A stretch of 63,397 bases of DNA from a virus (lineage: Duplodnaviria > Caudoviricetes): the IMG/VR virus record IMGVR_UViG_3300036790_000296, positions 1-63,397 of that record. One strand, written 5' to 3'. The notes under the pieces were generated by a model, which saw only the letters and a program-made list of their open reading frames with translations, searched no databases and was not told the DNA's origin. Shown in pieces: positions 17,675 through 27,497 of this stretch; the stretch's first letter is position 1; each line of letters begins with the position of its first letter. A program made the position numbers and the translations under genes.

Positions 17675-18312
17675 AGATAGTTACGGGATACGTGCCTATT
17701 GCTAACCATCCACGGTCGGCGCAAGAGTACGGTAGACTGGGAGAAAAGCTCCAAGAGCTTAAAGCCCCGGTGCAACCATTTTATGAGTTGTTGGGTACGT
17801 GTTGGTTGACTAGGTTAGTAGACCAGCTTCCGTTCGAGCCTACTTGGTCTAAGGGGGATAACCCACAAAAAAACACACTTGCGTATCAGTGTGCGACGCA
17901 TCAAAAGTTTGAATGGCTTTACCGATCTTCGCAGATGGACGATAAATCCGATGTGTTCATATGGGTGGATTACGGTTTGGCGCATATCCCAGGCTGGTCG
18001 GCAGCCGGTATGAACGAGTTTTTAAGCCGTGTGAAGAAAAACGATTTTGCTGTTCCCGGGTGCTGGGGCAAACAAGATGTACACGACAGTACACCTAATT
18101 GGCGCTTTTGCGGCGGCCTTATGGTTGTGCCGCGAAAGTACGTGCAAGATTTAAAGAACGGTATCCAAGCTATCACCATGATTAACGTGATGCAGACTAA
18201 ACATATAACGTGGGATGTGAACAGTATGGCGCACCTAGAAGCGCAAAACAAACTTCCCATTAGGTGGTATAAAGCGGACCACGATAAATCCATGTTCGAA
18301 AACTATAGGTAG
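17662..18312 (+). CDS. HtrL/YibB-like putative glycosyltransferase, paralog A
   Basis: FIWVDYG and WRFCGG motifs. Confidence 0.65.
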   Translation: MAKLKIVTGYVPIANHPRSAQEYGRLGEKLQELKAPVQPFYELLGTCWLTRLVDQLPFEPTWSKGDNPQKNTLAYQCATHQKFEWLYRSSQMDDKSDVFIWVDYGLAHIPGWSAAGMNEFLSRVKKNDFAVPGCWGKQDVHDSTPNWRFCGGLMVVPRKYVQDLKNGIQAITMINVMQTKHITWDVNSMAHLEAQNKLPIRWYKADHDKSMFENYR

Positions 18313-18316
18313 CCCA

Positions 18317-19336
18317 ATGAAAAAGACAGCGCTTATCACCGGTATTGGCGGCTCTATAGGCTGCCATGTTATGGTACACCTGCTCCACAATACAGATTGG
18401 GATATTGTGGGGATTGACAGCTTTCGCCACAAAGGTTTGATGGATCGGGTGCATGTGATGCTGGATGGCCACCCGGAATATTATGCACGCATGCGAATGC
18501 ATACGCACGATTTGCGCGCACCCTTGTCTCAAATCCTTATGGATCGCATTGGCAAGATTGACTATATACTTAATCTTGCAGCGCTTCCGGATGTTTTTGA
18601 TAGTATTGAAAATCCTGTGCCGTTTGTAATATCCAATACGCAAATGGTTTTGAATGTGCTGGAGTTTGCGCGGTACACAAGGCCGGACGCTTTCTTGCAC
18701 GTATCAACAGACGAGGTATACGGCCCAACGGACGGAAAAACATTCCATAAAGAATGGGACCCCATTCTGCCGTCTAACCCGTATTCGGCTTCCAAAGTGG
18801 CGCAAGAAGCAATTGCTATATCATACTGGCGTGCCTACAATTTGCCGCTTATAATTGTGAACCTTATGAATAATTTTGGCGAAATGCAGGCTCCTGACAA
18901 GTTTCCGTCTATTATTCAGCGGAAGCTGGCGCGTGGAGAAAAAATAACCATCCACGGTAGCCCCGATGCAATCGGGACGCGGTTCTATATTCACTCTCGT
19001 AATTCTGCCGATGCTTTTTTGTTTCTACTGAAAAACATAGAACCACACCTGCATATAGACGGTAGTATGGATAAGCCAGATAGGTATAATATTGTGGGCG
19101 ACAGGCAGGTGGGAAACGAAGAACTAGTGAATTTTATTGCGGGCGTTCTTGGGGTAAAGGCGCATTACGAATTTGAAGATTTCAAAGTTACACGTCCGGG
19201 TCATGATAGGCATTATGGGCTTGACGGGGCGAAATTATTTTCTCTTGGGTGGAAGTCTCCTGTGTCGTTTGAAGACTCTATGCGAAACACAGTGAATTGG
19301 GTTCGCGATCATCCTGAATGGTTGGAGCCAAAGTAA
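18317..19336 (+). CDS. rmlB: dTDP-glucose 4,6-dehydratase-like extended SDR
   Basis: GIGGSIG, STDEVYG, YSASK, RPGHDRHYGLD. Confidence 0.85.
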   Translation: MKKTALITGIGGSIGCHVMVHLLHNTDWDIVGIDSFRHKGLMDRVHVMLDGHPEYYARMRMHTHDLRAPLSQILMDRIGKIDYILNLAALPDVFDSIENPVPFVISNTQMVLNVLEFARYTRPDAFLHVSTDEVYGPTDGKTFHKEWDPILPSNPYSASKVAQEAIAISYWRAYNLPLIIVNLMNNFGEMQAPDKFPSIIQRKLARGEKITIHGSPDAIGTRFYIHSRNSADAFLFLLKNIEPHLHIDGSMDKPDRYNIVGDRQVGNEELVNFIAGVLGVKAHYEFEDFKVTRPGHDRHYGLDGAKLFSLGWKSPVSFEDSMRNTVNWVRDHPEWLEPK

Positions 19337-20430
19337 TGCGCATAGCAGTAGTAGGTGCGGGGTTTGCTGGGGCTACGATTGCGGAGAGACTTGGCCGACT
19401 CCATTCGGTATATGTGTTTGAAGCGCGCCACCATGTAGGGGGTAATGCATATACCGAGCGCGACTATAGAACTGGTGTTATGAAGCATGTGTATGGGCCA
19501 CATATATTTCATACGGCGGACGAAGATGTGCGGGCTTACGTAGGGCGATTTGATTTTTTTAAGCCGTTTGAATTGCGTATGAAGTCCATACACGATGGGC
19601 ACGTGTACTCATTTCCTATAAACCTCCATACAATTAACCAGTTTTGGAAGGACTGTATGACGCCTGTTGCTGCTGCGGATGTACTTAAGCGGCACGGTTA
19701 CCGCGCTTGTCCTGGTGAGCCGTACAATTTTAAAGACGCGGCTTGTAAAAAAGTGGGGGAAGAATTGTATGAAGCATTTTTGGAGGGGTACACCAGGAAG
19801 CAATGGGGGGTAGAACCCGATCAATTGCCTGCTTCTTTGGCGGATCGTCTTCCGGTTCGGTTTGATTACGAGGACAATAAGTATCCACCTACTGAATTTC
19901 AGGGTATTCCAATTGAGGGGTATACGCGCGTAATAGAGAGAATGTTGCAGGATATTCCAGTGCACTTAGGTACAAAATTCATAAGGGACCATGCTACAGA
20001 GTATGACCACGTATTTTATAGCGGCCCGCTTGATGCGTGGTTTGGCTATCAGTATGGGCGGCTTCGTTACCGTACGGTAAAATTCATTGACGAAGTTACT
20101 GACGGCGATGCCCAAGGATGCGCTGTTATTGCTTGCCCTGATATGGAGCAACCGTGGACACGTATGACGGAGCATAAGCACCTTGCTCCATGGGAGGCAC
20201 ACGATAAAACAATCCTTTCGTTTGAGTACAGTTCTGATTGCCATGAAGGCGATGAACCTATGTACCCTATGCGCCTTGAAAAAGACAAGCTTATGCTAGA
20301 CCAGTATAAAGAGCTTGCTGCTGGCGAAAAAAGGGTTACGTTTATAGGCCGTCTTGGTACTTATCGGTATATTGATATGGACCAGACGATTGCCGAGTCT
20401 TTAAAAGTTGCTGCGGAGTTCTTGCGATGA
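19336..20430 (+). CDS. glf: UDP-galactopyranose mutase
   Basis: GAGFAG, HVGGNAY, YGPHIFHT, YTRKQWG, GRLGTYRYIDMD. Confidence 0.95.
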   Translation: MRIAVVGAGFAGATIAERLGRLHSVYVFEARHHVGGNAYTERDYRTGVMKHVYGPHIFHTADEDVRAYVGRFDFFKPFELRMKSIHDGHVYSFPINLHTINQFWKDCMTPVAAADVLKRHGYRACPGEPYNFKDAACKKVGEELYEAFLEGYTRKQWGVEPDQLPASLADRLPVRFDYEDNKYPPTEFQGIPIEGYTRVIERMLQDIPVHLGTKFIRDHATEYDHVFYSGPLDAWFGYQYGRLRYRTVKFIDEVTDGDAQGCAVIACPDMEQPWTRMTEHKHLAPWEAHDKTILSFEYSSDCHEGDEPMYPMRLEKDKLMLDQYKELAAGEKRVTFIGRLGTYRYIDMDQTIAESLKVAAEFLR

Positions 20431-21053
20431 AAACGCTTGTCGCTACTATAACATGTTGGCGGGATGAAGATAATGGCCGTAATGACGGTATAAGGGATAC
20501 GTGGCTTAGGTGGGGTTATCTTATAGATCACGTATTTTTCCTCGGATATGAAGAACGACATGTCCCTCAAGGAGCTATTATGTTCAGTGGAGGCTCTAGT
20601 AGAATTTCCGATGACTATGATGCTATCCCATTCAAGGTACATAGAATTTGCCAATATGCGGCTTTTTACGGGTACGATGATTTATTTATTAGCGATGTAG
20701 ACACATACGTAGCGGTGCCCCTTCTTCTAAATTCTCGTGTGGGGGATTATGCAGGATGGCGCTGTGACGAAGGCCACGCTGCGGGCGGTAATGGATATTG
20801 GTTAAGCCGAAAGGCCATGTTAGCACTTAGCAATTCCGCCCCTTACCCAGGATACCAAGATATATGGGTTGGCGAAGCCCTTAAGGAGGCTGGTATTCCC
20901 CTCGTGCATGATCCTCGCTTTATAGGTGGCGTTCCAGAGAAATATGTACCCGGCACCATTTCCGCCCATCTCGGCCGCGCTACTGGGACATTTGACCCGC
21001 AATGGATGCGAGACTACCACAAGACGTGTCTGGAGGTTTTGCCATGCGGGTAA
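20427..21053 (+). CDS. GT31/Fringe-like glycosyltransferase
   Basis: DDY..IPFK, DVDTYV (DxD), GGNGYWLSR, QDIWVG. Confidence 0.75.
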   Translation: MKTLVATITCWRDEDNGRNDGIRDTWLRWGYLIDHVFFLGYEERHVPQGAIMFSGGSSRISDDYDAIPFKVHRICQYAAFYGYDDLFISDVDTYVAVPLLLNSRVGDYAGWRCDEGHAAGGNGYWLSRKAMLALSNSAPYPGYQDIWVGEALKEAGIPLVHDPRFIGGVPEKYVPGTISAHLGRATGTFDPQWMRDYHKTCLEVLPCG

Positions 21054-21727
21054 AAGTTGTTTCGGGGTATATACCACTTCCCCTTCTTAACATAACGGAA
21101 GAACGGTTTCGCGCTTTAGGGGATGAACTAGCGTGCGCATTGCCATGTCCGTATCGTTTTTTTGAAGACGACACTATACAGGATTGTTGGGTCCACAGGT
21201 TTTTGAACTTCTTGCCATTTAGCGTTAGCCCTTCAGACCCAAACCCGGCTAAAGACAGGTTTGCTACCTCTAATATTATGTTGATGTCAAATATTGTTAT
21301 GCACCAGAAGTATGAGTGGCTTGTCCACACTGCCATAGAAGACCAAGCCCCAGATGTTTTTGTGTGGATTGACTATGGTGTAATGAAACAGCCCAATATG
21401 AAACCAGAGGTTATTACTGATTTTATTAAGAAATTGGAAGAAAAAGATAGTTGCCCTTGCGTATACGCCCCCGGAATTCGAGGTATTGAACCAATAGATG
21501 ACACTCAATCTTGGGATCGTTTCTGTGGTTCTGTTGTGATTGTACCCCGCAATCATTTGGTTAATCTGTGTAGCGCTATGAAAATGCACCAAATGCAGCA
21601 TATTATGGAGCACCATACTGTAACTATTGAGTCTAACACGCTTGCGCATATTGAGCAAAAAAAATTCTTTCCAATTTGCTGGTATAAGGCGTGGTGGGGC
21701 GCGGAAATGTTCATGAATTTACCTTAA
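21044..21727 (+). CDS. HtrL/YibB-like putative glycosyltransferase, paralog B
   Basis: Aligns by eye with 17662..18312 (HQK(F/Y)EWL, W(V/I)DYG, RFCG, WYKA). Confidence 0.65.
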   Translation: MRVKVVSGYIPLPLLNITEERFRALGDELACALPCPYRFFEDDTIQDCWVHRFLNFLPFSVSPSDPNPAKDRFATSNIMLMSNIVMHQKYEWLVHTAIEDQAPDVFVWIDYGVMKQPNMKPEVITDFIKKLEEKDSCPCVYAPGIRGIEPIDDTQSWDRFCGSVVIVPRNHLVNLCSAMKMHQMQHIMEHHTVTIESNTLAHIEQKKFFPICWYKAWWGAEMFMNLP

Positions 21728-21789
21728 TCTATTAGTTACTCTTGAAGCCGATTATCCTCGCAGGTTTTAATCCATGCGGGGAGTTACCT

Positions 21790-22047
21790 ATGGCCGACAA
21801 GAGCAAGAGTTTTAAGGGCGGCGACGCTGGCGCGGAAGCTACTGAGAAATCGCATAACGTAGAGTTCGCCAAAGGCGGCGATACTCATATGTTTGGCGAG
21901 CAGGCGGCTGGCCCGCAGAAGCCCGGTTACACCGAAAAACAGCCTACATCTGCTCCTGGTGAGAAGTTCGCCGAAGGCGGCAAGGGTAAGATGTTTGGGT
22001 TTTCAGGTGCCCTCCCCGCCCGCGATGGTATTACAAGCGCTCGATAA
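21790..22047 (+). CDS. Small virion-associated protein with FAxGG repeats
   Basis: GGGGAG SD; FAKGG..MFG and FAEGG..MFG. Confidence 0.7.
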   Translation: MADKSKSFKGGDAGAEATEKSHNVEFAKGGDTHMFGEQAAGPQKPGYTEKQPTSAPGEKFAEGGKGKMFGFSGALPARDGITSAR

Positions 22048-22059
22048 AGGAGCGTCTGA

Positions 22060-22272
22060 ATGACCCTTCGTATTAATTCTGGCAAAAGTGGACCGAAAGC
22101 CGCGCCTACGCCGCCTGACCGCGCGTCGTTTGTGCTTGGTTCTAGGCCGCCCGATCTTCGGGCTCCCCGCATTAAGCCAATGGCCGCGAGCACCACACAG
22201 TATGGCAAAACCCAAACTGGTAACCCGGCTGGAGCTAGCTACGGTAATACCGGCGATACGGGGTATTCGTGA
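22060..22272 (+). CDS. Small hypothetical protein
   Basis: AAGGAG SD. Confidence 0.65.
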   Translation: MTLRINSGKSGPKAAPTPPDRASFVLGSRPPDLRAPRIKPMAASTTQYGKTQTGNPAGASYGNTGDTGYS

Positions 22273-22496
22273 TGTTTAAAAAGGATATGGCTGCTGCGCC
22301 TGGTGCGCAGAAAATTAAACACGCTGGAAAAGGGTCGGCTGTAGCCACCATGCCGAACAGAAAATCCATTACGCAAGTTACGCATAATCCTGCGGCTACT
22401 ATGAACGATTACGCGAAAGCTACCCCGATGGCGCAGCCCCAACCTGCAACGCCGGATGGTCTTGGCAGTGGGAGTTGGCCTGGCATCGGCCGGTAG
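22269..22496 (+). CDS. Small hypothetical protein
   Basis: Coupled to the upstream stop codon. Confidence 0.6.
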   Translation: MMFKKDMAAAPGAQKIKHAGKGSAVATMPNRKSITQVTHNPAATMNDYAKATPMAQPQPATPDGLGSGSWPGIGR

Positions 22497-22498
22497 AT

Positions 22499-22735
22499 AT
22501 GCCACACGCTACCCCCCTTAGTATTTCTGCTTTACGCCTTAAAAACCTTGATCCACGCGCATTTGATGCTTTTGTGGCCGATGCCGAGGCTCATTCTGCG
22601 ACTGTTACCTTAGCGGTAACGGAAGCCCCGCAACATGAAATACTTGTAGCACAGGGGCGTGCGCAAGCATGGCGTTCGCTAGTACGAACTCTTAAGGAAT
22701 GCCATTTACCACATAATTCTAAGCCCGCACCGTAA
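22499..22735 (+). CDS. Small head-module protein
   Basis: Helical, AQGRAQ motif typical of the small gene before a podovirus scaffold gene. Confidence 0.65.
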   Translation: MPHATPLSISALRLKNLDPRAFDAFVADAEAHSATVTLAVTEAPQHEILVAQGRAQAWRSLVRTLKECHLPHNSKPAP

Positions 22736-22766
22736 ATAGTTGCCGTGCGCGCCCCAGGAGGTTGCT

Positions 22767-23765
22767 ATGCCGATTACAGAGACAGTTGTTAACCAAACCC
22801 CATTGCCCCTTGCTCCCGTCGATGATAGTGTGCATATCCCGGAGTCGGTGAAGCGAGCAGCGGCACTTGCTGAAAGTTTTTACCCTAAAGCAGCAGAAGT
22901 TGCCCCCCCTGCCGCGCCCGTTACAGCCGAAGCGCCCGCCCCACCTGTAACGCCGCCCCAGTCTCCCCCCACTGAAGGTCAATGGGAACATCGCTATCTT
23001 TCGATGAAAGGGCGGTATGAGTCGTCCCAGCAGACGAATGGGGTGTTGCAGGAGCAGCTTCAAGAACTAGGAAATGAGTTAATTCGCACCCAACAGCTAC
23101 TTTCGCCTAATACACAAAGCAATTCCCCCCAGCCAACAGCCCCCCTCTTGACAGACGAGGACCGGTCAAATTACGGCCCGGACCTTCTAGATGTAGTGCA
23201 AAGGGCTGCTTTGGAGGCTGTTGCCCCCAAAATCAGCGCGCTGGAAGCTGAAAATGCCAAGTTACGCCAGTCTACTGTTAAGACCGATAGGCAACGAATT
23301 TATCAGTTTTTAGCGCAATCTTTGCCTAACTGGGAGGCCATAAACACCAGCCCACGGTTTTTGCAATGGCTGGCTTTACGAGATGTTTACTCTGGTGGTA
23401 TACGAAGTCAAATGTTGAAAACGGCATTCCAAGCGGCAGATGCCCCTCGGGTTCTTGCTTTCTTCAACGGCTTCCTAGCGGAGGAAGCAGCCACGGGTAA
23501 CGATAGCACAGGCTCGCAGCCACAGCCGCAGGAAACTGCGCCTCGTCAAGCAGCGGTCGCTCTGGAAACGCTAGCGGCTCCTGGTAGGGCAAGACCGGCA
23601 ACTGGAGACTCCCAGGTGCCCGTTGACAAGCCGACTTTCACACGCAAACAAATAGCTGACTTTTATATTGATGTGCGCAGGGGCGTTTATGCCGGGCGCG
23701 ATCAAGATAAGGCCAGAGACGAGCAACGAATTTTCGCCGCACAACGCGACGGACGAGTTAGATAA
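22767..23765 (+). CDS. Capsid scaffolding protein
   Basis: AGGAGG SD; coiled coils, W...N...F..WL, C-terminal AQRDGRV; directly upstream of the capsid gene. Confidence 0.8.
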   Translation: MPITETVVNQTPLPLAPVDDSVHIPESVKRAAALAESFYPKAAEVAPPAAPVTAEAPAPPVTPPQSPPTEGQWEHRYLSMKGRYESSQQTNGVLQEQLQELGNELIRTQQLLSPNTQSNSPQPTAPLLTDEDRSNYGPDLLDVVQRAALEAVAPKISALEAENAKLRQSTVKTDRQRIYQFLAQSLPNWEAINTSPRFLQWLALRDVYSGGIRSQMLKTAFQAADAPRVLAFFNGFLAEEAATGNDSTGSQPQPQETAPRQAAVALETLAAPGRARPATGDSQVPVDKPTFTRKQIADFYIDVRRGVYAGRDQDKARDEQRIFAAQRDGRVR

Positions 23766-23797
23766 CGGGGGCTTCGCCCCCAACATAGGGGGTTTAG

Positions 23798-24808
23798 ATG
23801 CCTATTCCGACTTCAGGTTTTCCCGGCGCAACTGCTGGTTCCACGCCTGCAATTTATCCGGTTGGTAGTTCGGGTAACAGCCTGCAAGCTACTGGCTTTA
23901 TTCCGGAAATTTGGTCCGGGAAGCTGGTTGAAAAGTTTTACGCCAGCACGGTCCTTGCTGCTATCAGCAACACGGATTACGAGGGCGAAATCAAAAACAA
24001 GGGTGACCGGGTGAAAATCCGCACTAAGCCCACTATTACCATCCATAACTATGACTCGGACGGTTTGCTTGGCCTTGATCGGCCGACTGGCGGCACCGTT
24101 GAGTTGTATATCGGGAACGGCAAGTATTTCTCGCTGATCCTTGACGACGTTATGGAAATTCAGTCGGACCTGAATATTCTTTCGATGTGGTCCGACGACG
24201 CCGCGCAGCAGCTTAAGATTACGGTTGACCAGGACGTGCTTACGGGTCTGGTTGGCTCAATGGCTGCGCAGAACCAGGGCACCGCTGCGGGTGTTATCAC
24301 CGGTTCGCTTAATCTAGGCGTTCAGGGTACACCGCTCACTGTTGTGGGTCGTAACCCGGGTGCGGGCCAAGTTGAGCTTTTGGACGTGCTAATGCGCATG
24401 GGCCAAGTGCTGGACGAGCAGAATATCCCGGAAGTTGGCCGGTGGGTCGTCATGCCCGCGTGGGCCGGGCGTCAGATTAAGCAGTCTGAGCTTCGGCAAG
24501 CCTATTTGTCGGGCGACAGTGTGTCTATGTTGCGTAATGGGCGTCTTGGGATGATAGACCGGTTTACGATCTATATTTCCAACTTGCTTCCGAATAACAG
24601 TTCGGATAGCGCCCAATTCAATTCTGGCGAATGGCCGATCTTTGCGGGCCATGCGCATGGTCTGACTTTTGCGAGCCAGATTAGCAAGGTTGAGACGCTT
24701 CGTTCCGAGCTTACCTTCGGCCAAATCCTTCGTGGTCTTCAGGTTTACGGATACCAGGTGGTTGACGGCAAGGCGCTTGTGCAGGCTCAAGTCACGCCTG
24801 GCTCCTAA
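23798..24808 (+). CDS. Major capsid protein
   Basis: FIPEIWSGKL...NTDYEGEI...GDRVKI and RGLQVYG; 336 aa; followed by a terminator. Confidence 0.92.
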   Translation: MPIPTSGFPGATAGSTPAIYPVGSSGNSLQATGFIPEIWSGKLVEKFYASTVLAAISNTDYEGEIKNKGDRVKIRTKPTITIHNYDSDGLLGLDRPTGGTVELYIGNGKYFSLILDDVMEIQSDLNILSMWSDDAAQQLKITVDQDVLTGLVGSMAAQNQGTAAGVITGSLNLGVQGTPLTVVGRNPGAGQVELLDVLMRMGQVLDEQNIPEVGRWVVMPAWAGRQIKQSELRQAYLSGDSVSMLRNGRLGMIDRFTIYISNLLPNNSSDSAQFNSGEWPIFAGHAHGLTFASQISKVETLRSELTFGQILRGLQVYGYQVVDGKALVQAQVTPGS

Positions 24809-24844
24809 TCAGGCGAAAACCTGATCTAGCGAACAAGAAAACAG

Positions 24845-24876
24845 ACCCGAGTGGGGCGTATCCCTCCCGGGTTTTT
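24845..24876 (+). terminator. Intrinsic terminator after the capsid gene
   Basis: ACCCG..GGG/CCC..CGGGT stem followed by a T run. Confidence 0.7.
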
Positions 24877-24877
24877 A

Positions 24878-24909
24878 TTATCCAGTCCTTAATGCCTATC
24901 CAGTAGTTT
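24878..24909 (+). promoter_or_regulatory. CtrA-box-like promoter for neck/fibre/lysis genes
   Basis: TTAT-N7-TTAA-N11-TAGTTT directly after the terminator. Confidence 0.65.
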
Positions 24910-24934
24910 TTGCGGAGCACCTTTAGGGGTTTCC

Positions 24935-25336
24935 ATGTCCGAACGCTTGTCCACAGTTCAAGATTACATTACCGATGTGCGAACAATGCTGTTGGACACG
25001 CTTGCACCGTATCGGTATACGGACATAGAATTGATTGCAGGGTTTAACACGGCGCTTCTTGAAGGACGCCGTTTGCGGCCAGATTTATTTGTTTACCGTC
25101 ACGGTAACCGCGTCCCATATTTTACCGCAGTGAGCGGTGAAGAAGTGCCTATGGAGCCGCAATTTCGGCTGGCTTTTGTGTACGGCATTGGCGCGCATGC
25201 GCTAGCACGCGATGACGAAGACGTACAAGACGAACGCGCAAACGCCTTTATGAGTATCTTTCACGATCTTCTTGTGGGTATTAGGCCATCCCCGCTTAAA
25301 GGTGGTACTCCTGGACCGGGGAGTGCGCAGAAATGA
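24935..25336 (+). CDS. Head-tail adaptor-like protein
   Basis: Position after capsid gene; R..L.D...RY...EL....N......RPD pattern. Confidence 0.65.
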   Translation: MSERLSTVQDYITDVRTMLLDTLAPYRYTDIELIAGFNTALLEGRRLRPDLFVYRHGNRVPYFTAVSGEEVPMEPQFRLAFVYGIGAHALARDDEDVQDERANAFMSIFHDLLVGIRPSPLKGGTPGPGSAQK

Positions 25337-25971
25337 CCCTTAGACGGGATGATTTCGACAGGCTTATGAACCAGGCGCGGGTTAAGCTACCCGGTAGTTC
25401 CGATGCTGGGATCAAAGGGGAACTATTTGATGTTCTTACGGAGTTCTTTGATAGTTCAAGTTCGTGGCTGGAGCAGCTTACTATTCCTATCCTTGCTGGT
25501 ACTACAAATTATTCTTTGGTGCCTGCTAAAGGCGGCCAGATTATACGACTTGTGGGCGTATTCGACCCAAATCAAGTGGCGCAGCCTGCGTTTATGGCGG
25601 ATTTTAGCACGCTCCAGCTTATAAACCCCCCCAATCTGCCGCAGAATTATACTGTTACGGTAGTGAAAAATGTTGTTTTGCCGACTAGTCGCGATGCTAT
25701 ACCCGATGCCCCCGAATGGGTTTTGCGTGTTTACGAGCGCTATATTCTTGCCGGGTTACTCGGTGCGATGATGGGGCAGATGGCTAAATCGTATTCCAAC
25801 CCGCAACAGAGTTTGTATAATTTAAAGCGCTTTAGGGATGGTATGGCGATGGCTCGCGTTGCCACTATTCGGCAAAACACTGTAGGCGCGCAAGCGTGGT
25901 CGTTCCCCCGCCAGTATAGGTCAGGCGGCCAGCGCGGCGGCGTTTCAATCGGCAACCCTACGGAGTTCTAA
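25333..25971 (+). CDS. Tail adaptor/tubular-like protein
   Basis: Position; P.W....Y...I..G.L..M.....(K)YSNP pattern. Confidence 0.6.
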   Translation: MTLRRDDFDRLMNQARVKLPGSSDAGIKGELFDVLTEFFDSSSSWLEQLTIPILAGTTNYSLVPAKGGQIIRLVGVFDPNQVAQPAFMADFSTLQLINPPNLPQNYTVTVVKNVVLPTSRDAIPDAPEWVLRVYERYILAGLLGAMMGQMAKSYSNPQQSLYNLKRFRDGMAMARVATIRQNTVGAQAWSFPRQYRSGGQRGGVSIGNPTEF

Positions 25972-25990
25972 GGTGTGGAGTAATTAAAAG

Positions 25991-26371
25991 ATGTACGGAC
26001 CTGGGCCACAAACAAGTGCTTATGTGGATATTGCAACTTCCACCAATGTAACGTGGGAGGACGCATTTCAATTCGGCACGCCGGGTGACACATCATGGTC
26101 GTTTAACGGGCAGAACTTTAGACTGGATATTAAGGGCAACAAAATACAAACGAGCCCGCTTCTTTCGATTTCGTCCGGTGCGGGTCAAATAGTGGTGGAT
26201 GATCCGGTTCAGCGCGTTTTGCATACTCTTGTGCCGGAAACGGTGATAGGAATTCTAGTGCCTGGAGAATATGAGTATGATTTAATCATGTTCGATAATT
26301 TATCTCCACCCACTCGTATAGCGCTTATGCATGGAAAATTTCGACTCCAAGAAGGTATAACGGGGGGCTAA
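25991..26371 (+). CDS. Fibre attachment (BppU-like beta-sandwich) protein
   Basis: GEYEYDL...LMHGKF pattern; precedes the fibre genes. Confidence 0.55.
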   Translation: MYGPGPQTSAYVDIATSTNVTWEDAFQFGTPGDTSWSFNGQNFRLDIKGNKIQTSPLLSISSGAGQIVVDDPVQRVLHTLVPETVIGILVPGEYEYDLIMFDNLSPPTRIALMHGKFRLQEGITGG

Positions 26372-26372
26372 T

Positions 26373-27326
26373 ATGGCTGTTGAAGTTCAAGGCCCCGCAT
26401 TAGTAATGGCACAACCGGTTGTTGTGTCAAATGGATTTACAGGCCCTACTGGTCCAAGCGGCGGCCCTACTGGTCCAACCGGGATTGTTGGCAGCGTAGG
26501 CGTAACCGGTCCTCTAGGTCTTACTGGTCCAACGGGGTCAATTGGTACTATTGGACGAACTGGGCCTACTGGAATAACCGGCGCAATTGGGCCTCCAGGA
26601 AATTCAATCACTGGCCCTACGGGCCAACAAGGTGCAACTGGTTCGCTTACTGGACCTACTGGAGTTACCGGGCCTGATGGAGCCGCTGCCAATACAGGGT
26701 CAACAGGGCCAGCGGGTCCACTTGGAACGGGTCCTACGGGTCCGGCTGGTGTTGCTTCTAGCACCGGGGCAACTGGGTCTACCGGCTATACAGGCCCTAC
26801 TGGTCCTACGGGAATAACCGGCCCTACGGGTGCACAGGGGCAATCTACAAATACTGGCGCAACCGGCCCCCAAGGTATTGCCGGGGTTGCCGCGAATACT
26901 GGCGCAACTGGATATACTGGACCTACTGGCACTGTTGGCACAACTGGACCTACTGGCACAGCGGGTAGCACAGGTGTAACAGGAGCAACAGGGTTTCTGT
27001 CTGTAAACGCGGGTGTTTCTACTAAATCGGGTAATTACACACTTGTTCTTTCTGATGCTAACACGATAATAAATATGGCGGCCCCAGCACCTGGGGGGAG
27101 TAGTACGCTAACTATTCCGGCTAATGTCACAGTTCCTTTTACGCCAGGAACGTATATACTGTTGCAGTGCACCAATAACGGTAGTGGTGGAACTGTGGTA
27201 TTGGTTGAGACTGCGGGCGTTTCTTTGTATGGTTGGAGAAACTCGTCCAATATGGCAGCCGGTGCTGGGCAAATAGGTGGCCTTCTATTGTTGTATGTTG
27301 GGTCTAATATATGGTTCGCATCATAA
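26373..27326 (+). CDS. Collagen-like tail fibre 1
   Basis: About 190 aa of GXT; C-terminal head YTLVLSDAN...LTIP.N..VPF..GT. Confidence 0.85.
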   Translation: MAVEVQGPALVMAQPVVVSNGFTGPTGPSGGPTGPTGIVGSVGVTGPLGLTGPTGSIGTIGRTGPTGITGAIGPPGNSITGPTGQQGATGSLTGPTGVTGPDGAAANTGSTGPAGPLGTGPTGPAGVASSTGATGSTGYTGPTGPTGITGPTGAQGQSTNTGATGPQGIAGVAANTGATGYTGPTGTVGTTGPTGTAGSTGVTGATGFLSVNAGVSTKSGNYTLVLSDANTIINMAAPAPGGSSTLTIPANVTVPFTPGTYILLQCTNNGSGGTVVLVETAGVSLYGWRNSSNMAAGAGQIGGLLLLYVGSNIWFAS

Positions 27327-27342
27327 GGATAGGGGTATCTGT

Positions 27343-27483
27343 ATGGAGTTTTCAGTGCCCAAGAAACTGGACGAATTTGATGTTCCTATTACAACCATGC
27401 GCACTCAAATTGTGCCGCCTGTGGATAAGATTGAGCGGTTGAGCGATAATGAAATAGCTGTGCGCCCCACAAAAAGAGACTGA
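27343..27483 (+). CDS. Small hypothetical protein
   Basis: AGGGG SD; 46 aa; fills the gap. Confidence 0.45.
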   Translation: MEFSVPKKLDEFDVPITTMRTQIVPPVDKIERLSDNEIAVRPTKRD

Positions 27484-27497
27484 TAGGGGAACCTTAG

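Noticed and set aside
15698-21727. Gtr-type serotype-conversion cassette
   Set aside because: No flippase or polytopic membrane transferase and no lysogeny genes; position in the head module favours virion targets, though host-surface modification is not excluded.
21713-21758. Another CtrA-type promoter before 21790
   Set aside because: A TTAA half-site is present, but neither the N7 partner nor the N11 spacing to a TAnnnT hexamer fits.
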